The notes under the pieces were generated by a model, which saw only the letters and a list, made by a program, of their open reading frames with translations, had not been told where the DNA came from and made no database searches. The translations under genes and the position numbers were made by a program. Shown in pieces: positions 28,312 to 37,825 of a stretch of DNA of 64,000 bases (position 1 is the stretch's first letter; the number at the start of each line of letters is the position of its first letter). Source of the stretch: a bacterium (GTDB lineage Bacteria > UBA10199 > 2-02-FULL-44-16 > JAAZCA01); contig CAXXGI010000001.1 of assembly GCA_963674695.2 (NCBI GenBank), forward strand, positions 320,001 to 384,000, in the 5' to 3' direction.

Positions 28312-29570
28312 GCAGCCTCCTCTGGTATAGTTATATCAAGGTCTGATACATTGAGTTCGCCAGAAATGAGCTTGGGGAGTAGTAAATCGCGAGTTTTGCG
28401 CAGTATACAATTTTTAAAGTAGATATTAGCTATCTGAGCAATCGTTGGCTGCACAATATCCTCATATCGCGCTGCTAACTCTTGAGTAGGAACAGTGACT
28501 AACATCCCGTCCATTGCTCCAGGCCACACAGCATATGGAATTGTGGCGCCTTTACTATGCGAATTTGCAAAAGCGACTGTTGACTCCTGGAAAAACGTTA
28601 GCACAGAAAACGCATAGTATTCTGGTTCTTTAGCTTTAAAAACAAAGCATGTTTTCCGAGTCACACCCTTAAAGGGTGCAACAACAACCTTGTGAAAATA
28701 TGGACGCATGGCTCCAAATAAGATGTCCCCTTCATCAAATAAATGAAGACTGCTTTGTGCTTCTTCCCAAGACTTGACTTCATTTATCGCAAGGCTCTTT
28801 CGAGGCAAGCAATCAATAGGTAAATATATACGTTCCTTTAAATGCCCACCTGCCTTCGCACCTCTATTCTGAAAAATAACAATTTCATCAAGTCTTTTGA
28901 CCTCCCACCCGTCAGGAATCTTTCCGAGCGGGGAATCAACCATCTCGACTTTTTCGTGGCCGGGGAAGCGGAAGTTGACGAACCACTCACGGTAAATGCC
29001 CTGTGCCATCTCCTCCAAAATCTTAATCCGCTGCAGGTTGTTTTCGATTAAATCATCGTAGGTGGAGAGAATAGAGGTAATTTTGCGTTGGACAGGGAGA
29101 CCTGGCAAATTGATCTCCATCTTATTTAGTAAAACAATCGTGTACGCTGATTGAGATGATCCAATGGTACTTTTTTTAAGCTCGGCCTTTCCCTGCGGCG
29201 ACAGAAGCCAGTAATAAAGATAGTAACTATCGAGATCCTTGAAGTTTCTGAACCATGTTAGATTTCCGTCCTTGAAGTAAAATTCTTCACCCTCATCAAC
29301 CACGTACGGAGATCCGAGAGTGCCAACCGAGGTCAGCAATAGATCACCTGCCTTGGGTGCACCAAACTTGGCACGGATTTGCTCATACTTCGACCTATCA
29401 ATAAACAACTCCGTCGAAACATCAAGATTACCTCGGTGTTTTTCACTAATCTCTTTTCCTCGATAAAATGGAACTCCCTCTGCCTTATAGTCGGCAGCAT
29501 AAATACGCTTGCTGGAAGTAATCTCACATAGCTCGCACATCTTATGGAGGGTACGCAGGGTAGCCATCAT
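28308..29570 (-). CDS. hsdS: Type I R-M specificity subunit S
   Basis: Two TRDs with conserved [34 protein letters not shown]. Confidence 0.95.
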   Translation of the reverse strand: MMATLRTLHKMCELCEITSSKRIYAADYKAEGVPFYRGKEISEKHRGNLDVSTELFIDRSKYEQIRAKFGAPKAGDLLLTSVGTLGSPYVVDEGEEFYFKDGNLTWFRNFKDLDSYYLYYWLLSPQGKAELKKSTIGSSQSAYTIVLLNKMEINLPGLPVQRKITSILSTYDDLIENNLQRIKILEEMAQGIYREWFVNFRFPGHEKVEMVDSPLGKIPDGWEVKRLDEIVIFQNRGAKAGGHLKERIYLPIDCLPRKSLAINEVKSWEEAQSSLHLFDEGDILFGAMRPYFHKVVVAPFKGVTRKTCFVFKAKEPEYYAFSVLTFFQESTVAFANSHSKGATIPYAVWPGAMDGMLVTVPTQELAARYEDIVQPTIAQIANIYFKNCILRKTRDLLLPKLISGELNVSDLDITIPEEAA

Positions 29571-31126
29571 TCTCCCTCCAATAGAGTCACTACATTCTTG
29601 GCGATTCGCTCTTCTAGTTCCCGCGCCTCGGCATTGAGCGATTCCAACTCCTCGTTCATCTCCTCCAATCGCTCCTTGAAATCAAAATCATCTTCCTCAC
29701 GATCGGCAACTCCCACATAACGCCCTGGATTGAGGCTCCATCCCTGTTTTTCGATCTCTTCGAGAGTGGCAACATTGCATAGTCCAAGCATATCAACATA
29801 CTTTCCGTCTGGGAACTTTTCAGACGTAAGGTCTTTGCTGTTGTGGAGATTTTCGGTCTTTTCTCCACGGTAAAGTCGAACGATGTTGGCGAGAAACTCG
29901 ACCTGTTCCGGCGTCCATTCCCGATGTGCACGATCGATCTGGTTGAAAATTTTGCTGGCATCGATGAACAGTACCTTATCAGCCCTATCGGTATCTTTTT
30001 TGCCCTTATCTAAAAACCAGAGCGTACATGGCAGCGTTACCGTGTAGAAGAAGTTGGAGCCAACGGCGACCATCACATCAACAGCATTGGCTTCGATCAA
30101 CTGTTTGCGAATTTCCAGTTCCGAGGCACGAGCATCCGAGGCCGAGTTCGCCATGACAAACCCCGCTCGACCTTTCTTATTCAATGCACTGTAGAATTGC
30201 TGAATCCATAGATAGTTGGCATTGTCCGTACGCGGCATACCAAAGGGAAAGCGTTTATCGTCCTTCAGTCTGTCCTTATCCACACGATCCACGTTGAAGG
30301 GTGGATTGGCCATAACGAAGTCGAATTTGCCGCCACCAGCCGTGCTTGTGTGCAGATCCTCGTAGTAAGTGTTCCCTTGTTTGATGTCACCAGCCAGGCC
30401 GTGAACTGCAAGGTTCATCTTTGCCAAACGAACGGTTTCCGACACGCGTTCCTGTCCATAAATACTTATTTCGGCTCCAGGATTCTTTTTATGCTCCTCG
30501 ATAAAGTGCGCACTCTGGACAAACATACCGCCGGAACCACAGGCCGGATCGAATATCATACCGTGGAATGGTTCGATAATACTGACAATCAGTTTAACGA
30601 TGCTGGTCGGTGTAAAAAACTCTCCGCCCCTTTGCCCTTCAGTCATCGCAAAATGGCCGAGGAAATACTCATAGATCTTACCAAAAGCGTCGCCCTCGAT
30701 GTCCATAGGTATCGAGTGCATGACCTTGAGCAACTCCGCCAAGGTCGCGTTCTCCAGCCTGTTATAGGTTTTGGGCAGCACATCCTTCAGATCCGGATTC
30801 TCAGCCTCAATGGCCCGCATGGCATCGTTTATGGCCTGTCCCAGATTCGATCCCTCTGGGATTCTCAAGAGTTGGCTGAAACGCGCTTTATCGGGTAGAT
30901 AAAGAACACCTTTGGCATGATAATCCGCTGGCCCAATCTTCTTGCGCCCAGAGCCTTTGCCCTCGAGTTCAACCTCAACCGCCGAAAATTTCTTATCTGC
31001 ATACAAAAGAAATATCAGCCCGAGGACGGGTATGGCGTATTCAGATGATTTGAGTTTGGAGTTTGCCCGCAGCTCGTCGGCTGCAGCCCACAAGCGCGCT
31101 TCGATATTATTTCCGTTCTTATTCAT
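29567..31126 (-). CDS. hsdM: Type I R-M methyltransferase subunit M (m6A)
   Basis: [34 protein letters not shown]. Confidence 0.97.
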   Translation of the reverse strand: MNKNGNNIEARLWAAADELRANSKLKSSEYAIPVLGLIFLLYADKKFSAVEVELEGKGSGRKKIGPADYHAKGVLYLPDKARFSQLLRIPEGSNLGQAINDAMRAIEAENPDLKDVLPKTYNRLENATLAELLKVMHSIPMDIEGDAFGKIYEYFLGHFAMTEGQRGGEFFTPTSIVKLIVSIIEPFHGMIFDPACGSGGMFVQSAHFIEEHKKNPGAEISIYGQERVSETVRLAKMNLAVHGLAGDIKQGNTYYEDLHTSTAGGGKFDFVMANPPFNVDRVDKDRLKDDKRFPFGMPRTDNANYLWIQQFYSALNKKGRAGFVMANSASDARASELEIRKQLIEANAVDVMVAVGSNFFYTVTLPCTLWFLDKGKKDTDRADKVLFIDASKIFNQIDRAHREWTPEQVEFLANIVRLYRGEKTENLHNSKDLTSEKFPDGKYVDMLGLCNVATLEEIEKQGWSLNPGRYVGVADREEDDFDFKERLEEMNEELESLNAEARELEERIAKNVVTLLEGE

Positions 31127-31256
31127 GGCCCCTCGCAGAGTTTATGGAGCCGTTTTTCTAGCATTTTTATTGAGCACTCTGCAAGATCAGAAGATATATA
31201 AGGAATTAGTCTTTTTGGATCCGGTAAAGGGGCTAATTTTCAGGCTTCATGATCAA

Positions 31257-31583
31257 TCATGAACCATCATAAATCTCATCAAGAAATGAACTGCAGCGTT
31301 TGAGGAGTTGAGAAAACATCCTGCGTTGCCTCACGGCTTCCTCCGAACACAAACCATGCTTATAATTGGCTAATTTAGCCCTCTCAAGACCTTCCGGCGT
31401 GCGCGGCCCCGTGCTACAGCCACCGTGCATCCGACATCGGCCGTTTTTCATGGCTGGTGACTTACAGGAGGCTCCTGAGCGGGTCTTTGCACCGCACCTG
31501 GAGGCTTTGGATGGATCTCCCGGTGGATTGCCGTTTTTGAGCCATCCACGCCGCTTTGCATGGGGTTCATCGATCTTTTCCAT
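31257..31583 (-). CDS. HGGxSTG-motif protein
   Basis: CGAKTRSG..C...AMKNGRCRMHGGCSTGPRT.EG. Confidence 0.88.
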   Translation of the reverse strand: MEKIDEPHAKRRGWLKNGNPPGDPSKASRCGAKTRSGASCKSPAMKNGRCRMHGGCSTGPRTPEGLERAKLANYKHGLCSEEAVRQRRMFSQLLKRCSSFLDEIYDGS

Positions 31584-31585
31584 AT

Positions 31586-32146
31586 TTACCCCCGCCCCCC
31601 CTCGACGGTGCCGACGATGGCCTGACCGCCCTCATTGACGTGGACGTGTTCCACGGTAACTTTTTGCTGACCACCACCACGATACCGATTCAAAGCCTCG
31701 ATCTGCGCCGTGAATGTCCGGAGGAGCTTCGTCGCTCTTGCCACGTTAGCGTCGGCACCTTCAAATGTCTGCTCCGTACGAACGGCCCTGCCCATGAAAG
31801 CCATTGCAAGGTTGTGAACGCCGATCATCTGAACAGCGAGCATTGCCTCCAACTCATCGCGAGGCTTGATTCCATGAAGAACCGCCAATGCGAGATTTGA
31901 CCTGTCCACAGAATCCACCTCGCTAAACGCAAACGCATTGATGACCTGACGAAGCAGATTATTACAGAGAGCAACGTCAGACGTCCCCATTGCCTCGAAT
32001 AATTTTTGGGTATCGCTTTCAGAGGTTGTTACTTGCCCATCCTTGTTGCTCGGTATGAGCTTTGGCGGGCGTCGCGAAGCTCCTCTTTTCATTTTTTCAT
32101 CCCGTTTGTTGTTCTCGTTCAACACGGCAGGTAGTTTTCTCGGCAT
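31586..32146 (-). CDS. Hypothetical protein partnered with HGGxSTG gene
   Basis: PRDELEAMLAVQM, KLLRTF..Q.EAL, QQKVTVEHVHVNEGGQAIVG; GAGGG RBS before ATG 32146. Confidence 0.78.
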   Translation of the reverse strand: MPRKLPAVLNENNKRDEKMKRGASRRPPKLIPSNKDGQVTTSESDTQKLFEAMGTSDVALCNNLLRQVINAFAFSEVDSVDRSNLALAVLHGIKPRDELEAMLAVQMIGVHNLAMAFMGRAVRTEQTFEGADANVARATKLLRTFTAQIEALNRYRGGGQQKVTVEHVHVNEGGQAIVGTVEGGRG

Positions 32147-32165
32147 GAAGGTATCCCTCGCAATT

Positions 32166-32189
32166 TTTTGGGGCCAATTTGGGGCCAAT
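32166..32189. promoter_or_regulatory. Putative integrase arm-type sites (right)
   Basis: TTTTGGGGCCAATTTGGGGCCAAT, same as 16817-16840. Confidence 0.7.
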
Positions 32190-32316
32190 CGACTCAAAAA
32201 TGACCGTTTCTATTCGTCTGTAACCGACAACTCGAAATGGGGTAAGTTATTGTTATCCTTCACAAACATCTGACATTGCAGCACTTTTGAAATTCTGCCA
32301 AATATAGCCGGGAGCC

Positions 32317-32361
32317 GCTCATAACCGGTTGGTTCCCCGTTCGAGTCGGGGAGGGCCCACA
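32317..32361 (+). repeat. attR core (duplicated tRNA 3' part)
   Basis: 44/45 identical to 16709-16753. Confidence 0.93.
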
Positions 32362-32398
32362 GAACAAAAGCCCCGCCGAATGGTGGGGCTTTTGTTCT
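32361..32398 (+). terminator. Terminator hairpin (probably original tRNA terminator)
   Basis: AGAACAAAAGCCCC..GGGGCTTTTGTTCT. Confidence 0.75.
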
Positions 32399-32781
32399 GT
32401 GGACACGCTCCGACGAGAACTGCAGCCCGCAGGGCTGCTGTTCGATGACCTTCCGACAAGTAGCTCGCCGATCAGGCGAGCTTTGTAATGCTGAAATGCC
32501 GGCGAGTGGGTACCGCGAGCCGGCGCCGGGGAGGGCCCCTTGCGCCTGCCGTTTGTGTTGTGAGCCTTGCCAGACGAGAACTGCCGACCGAAGGGCGGCT
32601 GTTGTCACTTCGTTCTGACCTATAAGGATTTTTGTTCCCCGCCTGACCTTACCCCATTTTCTATACCAATCGTAACCTTACAAGTCCAGGGTTTGACCCA
32701 ACCCCAATTTCTGGACCAGTTTTCGGGGGGAAGATCATGTCTTGTGGGCCTTGCATGCCGACTTCGGCGAAGACTTCGGAA

Positions 32782-33615
32782 TCAATGACGATCCAACGGT
32801 TTGAGCAACGTTCTCAATTCATGTTCGACGTTTTTGAATGACGGAATATCCCGTAGTTGGTGTTCAAGTGAGCGCCCCCAGGCCCGGGATACTTTTCCCA
32901 ACAGGACGTCATCGAAAAAATCATCGGTGTGCTCAAAAGCAACATTCTTAAACGCGCACTTCTGACGAAACAGCGTCCGTATCTTCGGCCAATCAAACTC
33001 CTCGTTCGTCAACAAATACCAGATGTCATACCAATCCCTCGGTCGCGCGACACGCTTGACCTGCTGCAACATCGAACGCAGCTTCTCCGCGATGATCTCC
33101 TCGAGCTTGTAGACCTGAATACTGACCTCTTCCGCATCGCTGTAGCGCTGGATGATTGGCTTCAGATCTGGCCCCTCCATAACCTTCTCGTAATACGTGA
33201 GGTCCAGCTTGATCGTGGGTTTTATGGTGACCGGCTTCGAAGGACCCACAAAGGCAAGTCGTCCCTTGAGTGCCTCTTCCCCCTCTTCATCCCTCGTCTG
33301 CGTGAGTTCGGCCAACGACATCTCCATCCCGCTGGCCTTCGAAATGGAATCAGCACACTCCTTGAGGTCCGCCTCGAGCCTGCCGATATCGAATGCCGCC
33401 CCCTGAATCGTAAAATCCAGATCTTCGGAGAATCGATAGTGCTTGAAGTAACATTTTCTGAGCGCGGTACCGCCCTTGAAGACAAGCGCCCTGGACAACG
33501 CCGGATGGTTGGCTATTCCCCACAACGCCCATCCGAGCACGTAATCTTTCTCGGCAGAATGAAAGGGGATCCCCTCTTCCGCCGCAGCCTTCTTGAGCTC
33601 TACCGTGCGAATCAT
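32782..33615 (-). CDS. AbiEii/AbiGii nucleotidyltransferase toxin (type IV TA)
   Basis: EKDYVL, FKGGTALRKCY...RFSEDLDF, AEKLRS, RPRDWYD. Confidence 0.93.
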   Translation of the reverse strand: MIRTVELKKAAAEEGIPFHSAEKDYVLGWALWGIANHPALSRALVFKGGTALRKCYFKHYRFSEDLDFTIQGAAFDIGRLEADLKECADSISKASGMEMSLAELTQTRDEEGEEALKGRLAFVGPSKPVTIKPTIKLDLTYYEKVMEGPDLKPIIQRYSDAEEVSIQVYKLEEIIAEKLRSMLQQVKRVARPRDWYDIWYLLTNEEFDWPKIRTLFRQKCAFKNVAFEHTDDFFDDVLLGKVSRAWGRSLEHQLRDIPSFKNVEHELRTLLKPLDRH

Positions 33616-33619
33616 CGTC

Positions 33620-34429
33620 TCATCCTATATCGATGTTTATCCGGAGTCGCCACGTTGAATCCACCGGCCCGTCCTTCGGGCCGTCCGGGTCGAGCAGGTT
33701 GTAGTTCCTATCGACCGCTCCCAACCACGCCTCCGCCTCTGGTATCTTCCATCCCATGCGATCGGACAGAAAACCAAACCGCTTGAAGAGCACCGTCCTG
33801 TCAAGCCTGTGCAGATACTCGTCGAGTCGCTTGTGATCGAGCTTCGATACGGAATCGGTATCGAGGGAGCCAAGGATCAACGCCATCCCTCCGCAGTGCT
33901 TCGGCATCCAGAGGGCATCGATGAGCGTCCTCTCCTTATCCGTAATGCGCACCTTCTCGTTCTCGACCCAGATATCCTCGTGACCAAAGAAGCTTTCCTT
34001 CCCCATGCATACGAATGTGTACTGCAGATCCAGAACCTCACGATTGTGCATGCGCCTGGTGCCGCTCACATAGACGCCCCGTGGAAGTTGGTCTGTAAAT
34101 CCGTGAAAATTGAAGGCTGACCAGTGACTCACGGCGCCGTCCGGCATGAGGTGTTTTGCGATAACAAACGAAGACTCGGTGAAGAGCCGATTCGTGCCCG
34201 CCTCCACAGGCACGATCATGTAGAGCCCCCGGTTGATCCGCTTGAGCCAGCCGCGCTTGGTCAACGCCATGAGCGCGGGACGCAGGCGTTCGCGACTGAG
34301 CCCGCTCCCCTCTCGGATCTCATCGAAGGTGACGATCGGCTTGCCCACGTCAGCCGCGGAGAGGAGGACATGGGACTGCATTTCGCTTAAGGCATGGGAA
34401 ATGGCCACTTTTGTCTTGTTATGTGTCAT
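33620..34429 (-). CDS. AbiEi-family antitoxin / transcriptional regulator
   Basis: L.KRGWL.RI.RGLY, SHWSA...HG.TDQ.P, TDKERTLID; upstream of toxin. Confidence 0.9.
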   Translation of the reverse strand: MTHNKTKVAISHALSEMQSHVLLSAADVGKPIVTFDEIREGSGLSRERLRPALMALTKRGWLKRINRGLYMIVPVEAGTNRLFTESSFVIAKHLMPDGAVSHWSAFNFHGFTDQLPRGVYVSGTRRMHNREVLDLQYTFVCMGKESFFGHEDIWVENEKVRITDKERTLIDALWMPKHCGGMALILGSLDTDSVSKLDHKRLDEYLHRLDRTVLFKRFGFLSDRMGWKIPEAEAWLGAVDRNYNLLDPDGPKDGPVDSTWRLRINIDIG

Positions 34430-34470
34430 GATAATGTCCAAAACAAATATTATTGTATCACATAACAAGA
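34414..34470. promoter_or_regulatory. Inverted-repeat operator of abiE operon
   Basis: TCTTGTTATGTG (34414-34425) / CACATAACAAGA (34459-34470). Confidence 0.65.
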
Positions 34471-34564
34471 AACAGGCAAGAAACAATCTTATTCATTGTG
34501 TAGATAGTAGTGTTTTATGAACATTATTTAAACACATTTTAAGACAGAACCCGATTCAACAGGC

Positions 34565-35092
34565 TTAAATGCCATCCGTATTATGAAGTGCCCCCTCACC
34601 CCCCGGCCATTCGAAGAGGTTTTTGAGGCGTTCCCAGAACTCGCCGCCGAGGACGATGAGGGAGGTCATGAAGAGCAGATCGCCCGCGATGAGCAGGGCC
34701 ACCAGCGCATAGTGCTGCATTTGGCTCGGCTGTCCGAAGATCAGCACAATCTCGGTGATGTAATAGGGAGCCACGCTGATGAGGAGCACGGCGATGCCGA
34801 TCCGATGACGCGTTCGACTCACGCGCGCGGGCAAGGCGCCCTTTCGTCGAAAGAAGATCGCTTTGATCTTGGCGGTGAGCATCTGCACGAAGGGTTTTCC
34901 CAGAAGCACGGCACAGAGGAGAAAGGCCACCTCGGCCGAGGCCATCAGGATGGCCGCGATCGAGAGCATCTGTGCATCCGTCAGCGACAGAAATGGCAGG
35001 ATGAAGAGCGTGACGACATAGGGAATGAAGCTATAGATGAAGAGCCCCATCCCCAGGTAATACTTCCCGTTCTTCTCGAAGACGGCCCCCAT
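34565..35092 (-). CDS. Membrane protein, duplicated 'transporter suffix'-type domain
   Basis: Four TM helices in two similar halves, (A/S)..(L)LG(K/G)(P/E)F...LK. Confidence 0.75.
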   Translation of the reverse strand: MGAVFEKNGKYYLGMGLFIYSFIPYVVTLFILPFLSLTDAQMLSIAAILMASAEVAFLLCAVLLGKPFVQMLTAKIKAIFFRRKGALPARVSRTRHRIGIAVLLISVAPYYITEIVLIFGQPSQMQHYALVALLIAGDLLFMTSLIVLGGEFWERLKNLFEWPGGEGALHNTDGI

Positions 35093-35258
35093 ACCACCCC
35101 CCTCTGCGTGCAGTTCATTTCGGCCATCCTTCCTCTTCTGCAGACAGAACTCAACAGGAACCAACATTTGGAAAACAACCCCCCGTATTCACACGCCCCC
35201 CCCCGGAATCGCCGACATCAGGCTCATCCGCGCCGATCACGTCGATCACACCGAAGCT

Positions 35259-36140
35259 TTAGCGGAAATGCGAAACGCCAAAACCCATCGGAAGAAATGC
35301 GTGTGGAAATCCAATCGATTCGAGATAGCCGTTGATGACAGAAACCATAAATTCACGGGGGATTATCTGCTCTGTCCAAACATATGGCCTTATTTCCGCA
35401 GGGAGATCGGCGCTTTCGTATTGGGTCATTTTCTCATCGGAGGACAACGCGCTCCATGTGTTATCAATCATCGGAAACAGATAACGCGCAATATTGCGCA
35501 ATTCATCTACAGATAGTGCAGCGGGAATAGCTTTGGCGGCATTGTCGTTCGCAACGATAAAATGCATCAGGGAGATCACACAGTCGGAATAGGTAGTGTT
35601 ATTCCTTGATATCTGCACCTTGTGCAACCATGTCAGATCCTTTTCGATGTCTTCCATCTCCTTCGAGAGGTAGTAAAGAATGAGCGCCGTTTCGATGAAT
35701 GCGTCCCCCAACAGCGTCAGGGCCATTCCATCATTGGGCTTCGATTTCGGCACGGATGGCAGCGAATGAGTCGATTGCACAAGCCTCACTATCGGGAGAC
35801 CTCGCAATGCACGAGAATGAACGGGCTCCAGAGATGCGGCTTTGGTGCCATCAATGTTCAGACGATAGGATGTCGCCTCTGGAATATATGACGATTGAAA
35901 ACGATCGACCCCCTTGATTTCAACACCCAGCTCATCGAGATATATTGCAGCGTCTCGTTCGAGGATCATTTCATTGAAGGGGGCCTCTTCAATCGTGTGC
36001 GTTACGATACCTCCCGGCAAGAGCGATACCGTGTGACGCAGCTCCGTCGGACCGAAGCTCTCCACCATTTCCGGACTACTCAGAAAGACAGCGGATGCCC
36101 CACTGATGCCAATGGTCGTCGGTGTGATAAACGGATTCAT
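35259..36140 (-). CDS. Orphan protein
   Basis: Long ORF, GGGA RBS, preceded by recurrent motif; ends FLPMGFGVSHFR. Confidence 0.65.
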   Translation of the reverse strand: MNPFITPTTIGISGASAVFLSSPEMVESFGPTELRHTVSLLPGGIVTHTIEEAPFNEMILERDAAIYLDELGVEIKGVDRFQSSYIPEATSYRLNIDGTKAASLEPVHSRALRGLPIVRLVQSTHSLPSVPKSKPNDGMALTLLGDAFIETALILYYLSKEMEDIEKDLTWLHKVQISRNNTTYSDCVISLMHFIVANDNAAKAIPAALSVDELRNIARYLFPMIDNTWSALSSDEKMTQYESADLPAEIRPYVWTEQIIPREFMVSVINGYLESIGFPHAFLPMGFGVSHFR

Positions 36141-36160
36141 ATTATTTGCGTCCCGATAAT

Positions 36161-36187
36161 GTATCGCCAATAGCACACAAAGGTTGC
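36161..36187 (-). promoter_or_regulatory. Recurrent sigma28-like motif, copy 3
   Basis: Minus strand GCAACCT-N13-GCGATAC. Confidence 0.6.
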
Positions 36188-36349
36188 GCCGATTTCCAAA
36201 CGCAAATCCAGCCGTTCGGAAAACGCATACTATTCCGCTTTGTTACCAGGTGAGTTTTTTTTACATGGCAACCGGTTCGTTCAACTAATGTCAGACCGAG
36301 CAAATGAAATAACCATGCACCACTTTGAAATATATGCCCATTTTTCCAC

Positions 36350-36376
36350 GCAACTTATCCCTCGAAACGTCGATAC
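36350..36376 (+). promoter_or_regulatory. Recurrent sigma28-like motif, copy 4
   Basis: GCAACTT-N13-TCGATAC. Confidence 0.6.
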
Positions 36377-36436
36377 CAAGCTTGTCTGGACAAATGGCCC
36401 CTTTGTACGCTCTGTTCTCACGGGAGAGGTACACCC

Positions 36437-37798
36437 ATGTCGGAGGTGGCGCCGAACATCGGCCCGTTCACGCGGAAGCTGCCGGAGAAGGCAGCCAACG
36501 AACCGATCAATGCGATGGTTCGCGGGGCGCTGGCGAACGCCGTCGCGGCGGAACAAGCCAAACCGCATGCGTCGCGTGAAGCATACGTCGACGCCGTGAT
36601 CGACACCTTCTACCTCGAACTCGGCGCGGGTGCGCTGGGCGCCGTCATCGAGTTCAAGGCCCTCTCGCTCCCCGATGCATATGTCGGCCGCATGCCGCGC
36701 CGCGACAGCGCGCTGAAGTTCCTCGATCGCGCCGACTTTCGGGGATACGCAAATCCCGTCATCTTCAGCCCCATCCTGGGCCTGGCCTCCCGCGATGAAC
36801 ATCGCGTCTGCTACGTCGGCTCCGACAAGTTCGGCCACTTCATCCAGCAGGGGTACGACTATCACACCATCCTGCGTGCGATCGAACGCAAACGCCCCGG
36901 CTACGGACTGCTCTATGCACAGGCCTGGGGCGCATGGCTCGAAGGCGAAGAGCTCTCCGCCGAGGCAGTCGAGCGCTATCTCGCATCGCACGATCTGCCC
37001 GATAATGCCGCGAGCGTCGCGCAGGTTCAGCGCGAGCTGCACGCCTTTCTCACGCAGGACGATCTCATCTCGAGCTTGAGTCCCATGCCCGAGTTCGCCA
37101 AGGGCAACCGCTTCCTCAAGAGCCTGGCCCGAACCGTCGGCGTCCATCAGCGCGGCATCATGGGGCTCACCACCACCGGCATCTATTCCAACGCGGATCT
37201 CGCGGCCAATGAAGCGGGGCTGCGCTTCTATCTCGACCTCGAACGCGATCCGGAGAAACTGGCTGAACGCTTCGACATCGCCGATTACGCCGACTGTTCG
37301 TGGGACGAGGAGGTGCTCCCCTCGAAGTTTTCCCCGGAGGTCAAAGCGCGTATCGATGAAGCCGTGCGCGGAGAAAAACGCGCACACTTCGCCACGGGTC
37401 TGGCCTTCGGCTTCAACCTGCCGAACTATCAGTTCTCGCTCTCCACGCCGCTGGCCTACTACGCCTCGCTCGATGAAGACTACGAGATCCGCCTGCGCCT
37501 GGGCGCGTCGATCCCGCTGTCCGGAAACGAGAAGGCCTATGCCGAGGACAGCCAGCTCTTCACGGCGCTGGACGCAAGCGTGCGATTGACGGGACTCAAC
37601 TATCTCTATTTTTCGGGAGAGCTGGGGATCACGCCGCAGATCATATCGGATGATCCCGCGCGCGCGGTGCGCCCCGCCGTGGAGACGGGCTATGAGGTGA
37701 TGCTGGGCGGCTGGGGCTCGCTGCAGTTCGGCCTCAACTACGACATCATCAAGCAGCTCCCCAGCGCCGCGATCGGCGCCCTGCTCCTGTGGCGATAG
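36437..37798 (+). CDS. Orphan with DKFGHF motif and C-terminal beta-strand-rich domain
   Basis: GAGG RBS; VGSDKFGHF..GYDY, TTGIYSNADLAANEAG; alternating hydrophobic strands in last ~140 aa. Confidence 0.78.
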   Translation: MSEVAPNIGPFTRKLPEKAANEPINAMVRGALANAVAAEQAKPHASREAYVDAVIDTFYLELGAGALGAVIEFKALSLPDAYVGRMPRRDSALKFLDRADFRGYANPVIFSPILGLASRDEHRVCYVGSDKFGHFIQQGYDYHTILRAIERKRPGYGLLYAQAWGAWLEGEELSAEAVERYLASHDLPDNAASVAQVQRELHAFLTQDDLISSLSPMPEFAKGNRFLKSLARTVGVHQRGIMGLTTTGIYSNADLAANEAGLRFYLDLERDPEKLAERFDIADYADCSWDEEVLPSKFSPEVKARIDEAVRGEKRAHFATGLAFGFNLPNYQFSLSTPLAYYASLDEDYEIRLRLGASIPLSGNEKAYAEDSQLFTALDASVRLTGLNYLYFSGELGITPQIISDDPARAVRPAVETGYEVMLGGWGSLQFGLNYDIIKQLPSAAIGALLLWR

Positions 37799-37825
37799 CC
37801 CGCACGACATCGGGACGATTCAGTC

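Larger units (their letters stand above)
16709..32361. mobile_element. tRNA-integrated island (phage-satellite/IME-like) carrying type I R-M
   Basis: 45-bp direct repeat of tRNA 3' part at both ends, adjacent integrase/excisionase/primase, visibly lower GC than flanks. Confidence 0.93.

Noticed and set aside
23184-29570. Phase-variable hsdS shufflon driven by the serine recombinase
   Set aside because: Only one hsdS, with no silent TRD copies or flanking inverted repeats seen.
16709-32361. Full prophage or ICE
   Set aside because: No capsid, tail, lysis, relaxase or T4SS genes recognisable.
32210-32608. 132-aa ORF and apparent second tRNA
   Set aside because: Spans attR and hairpins; the tRNA copy lacks the 5' acceptor strand and D arm.
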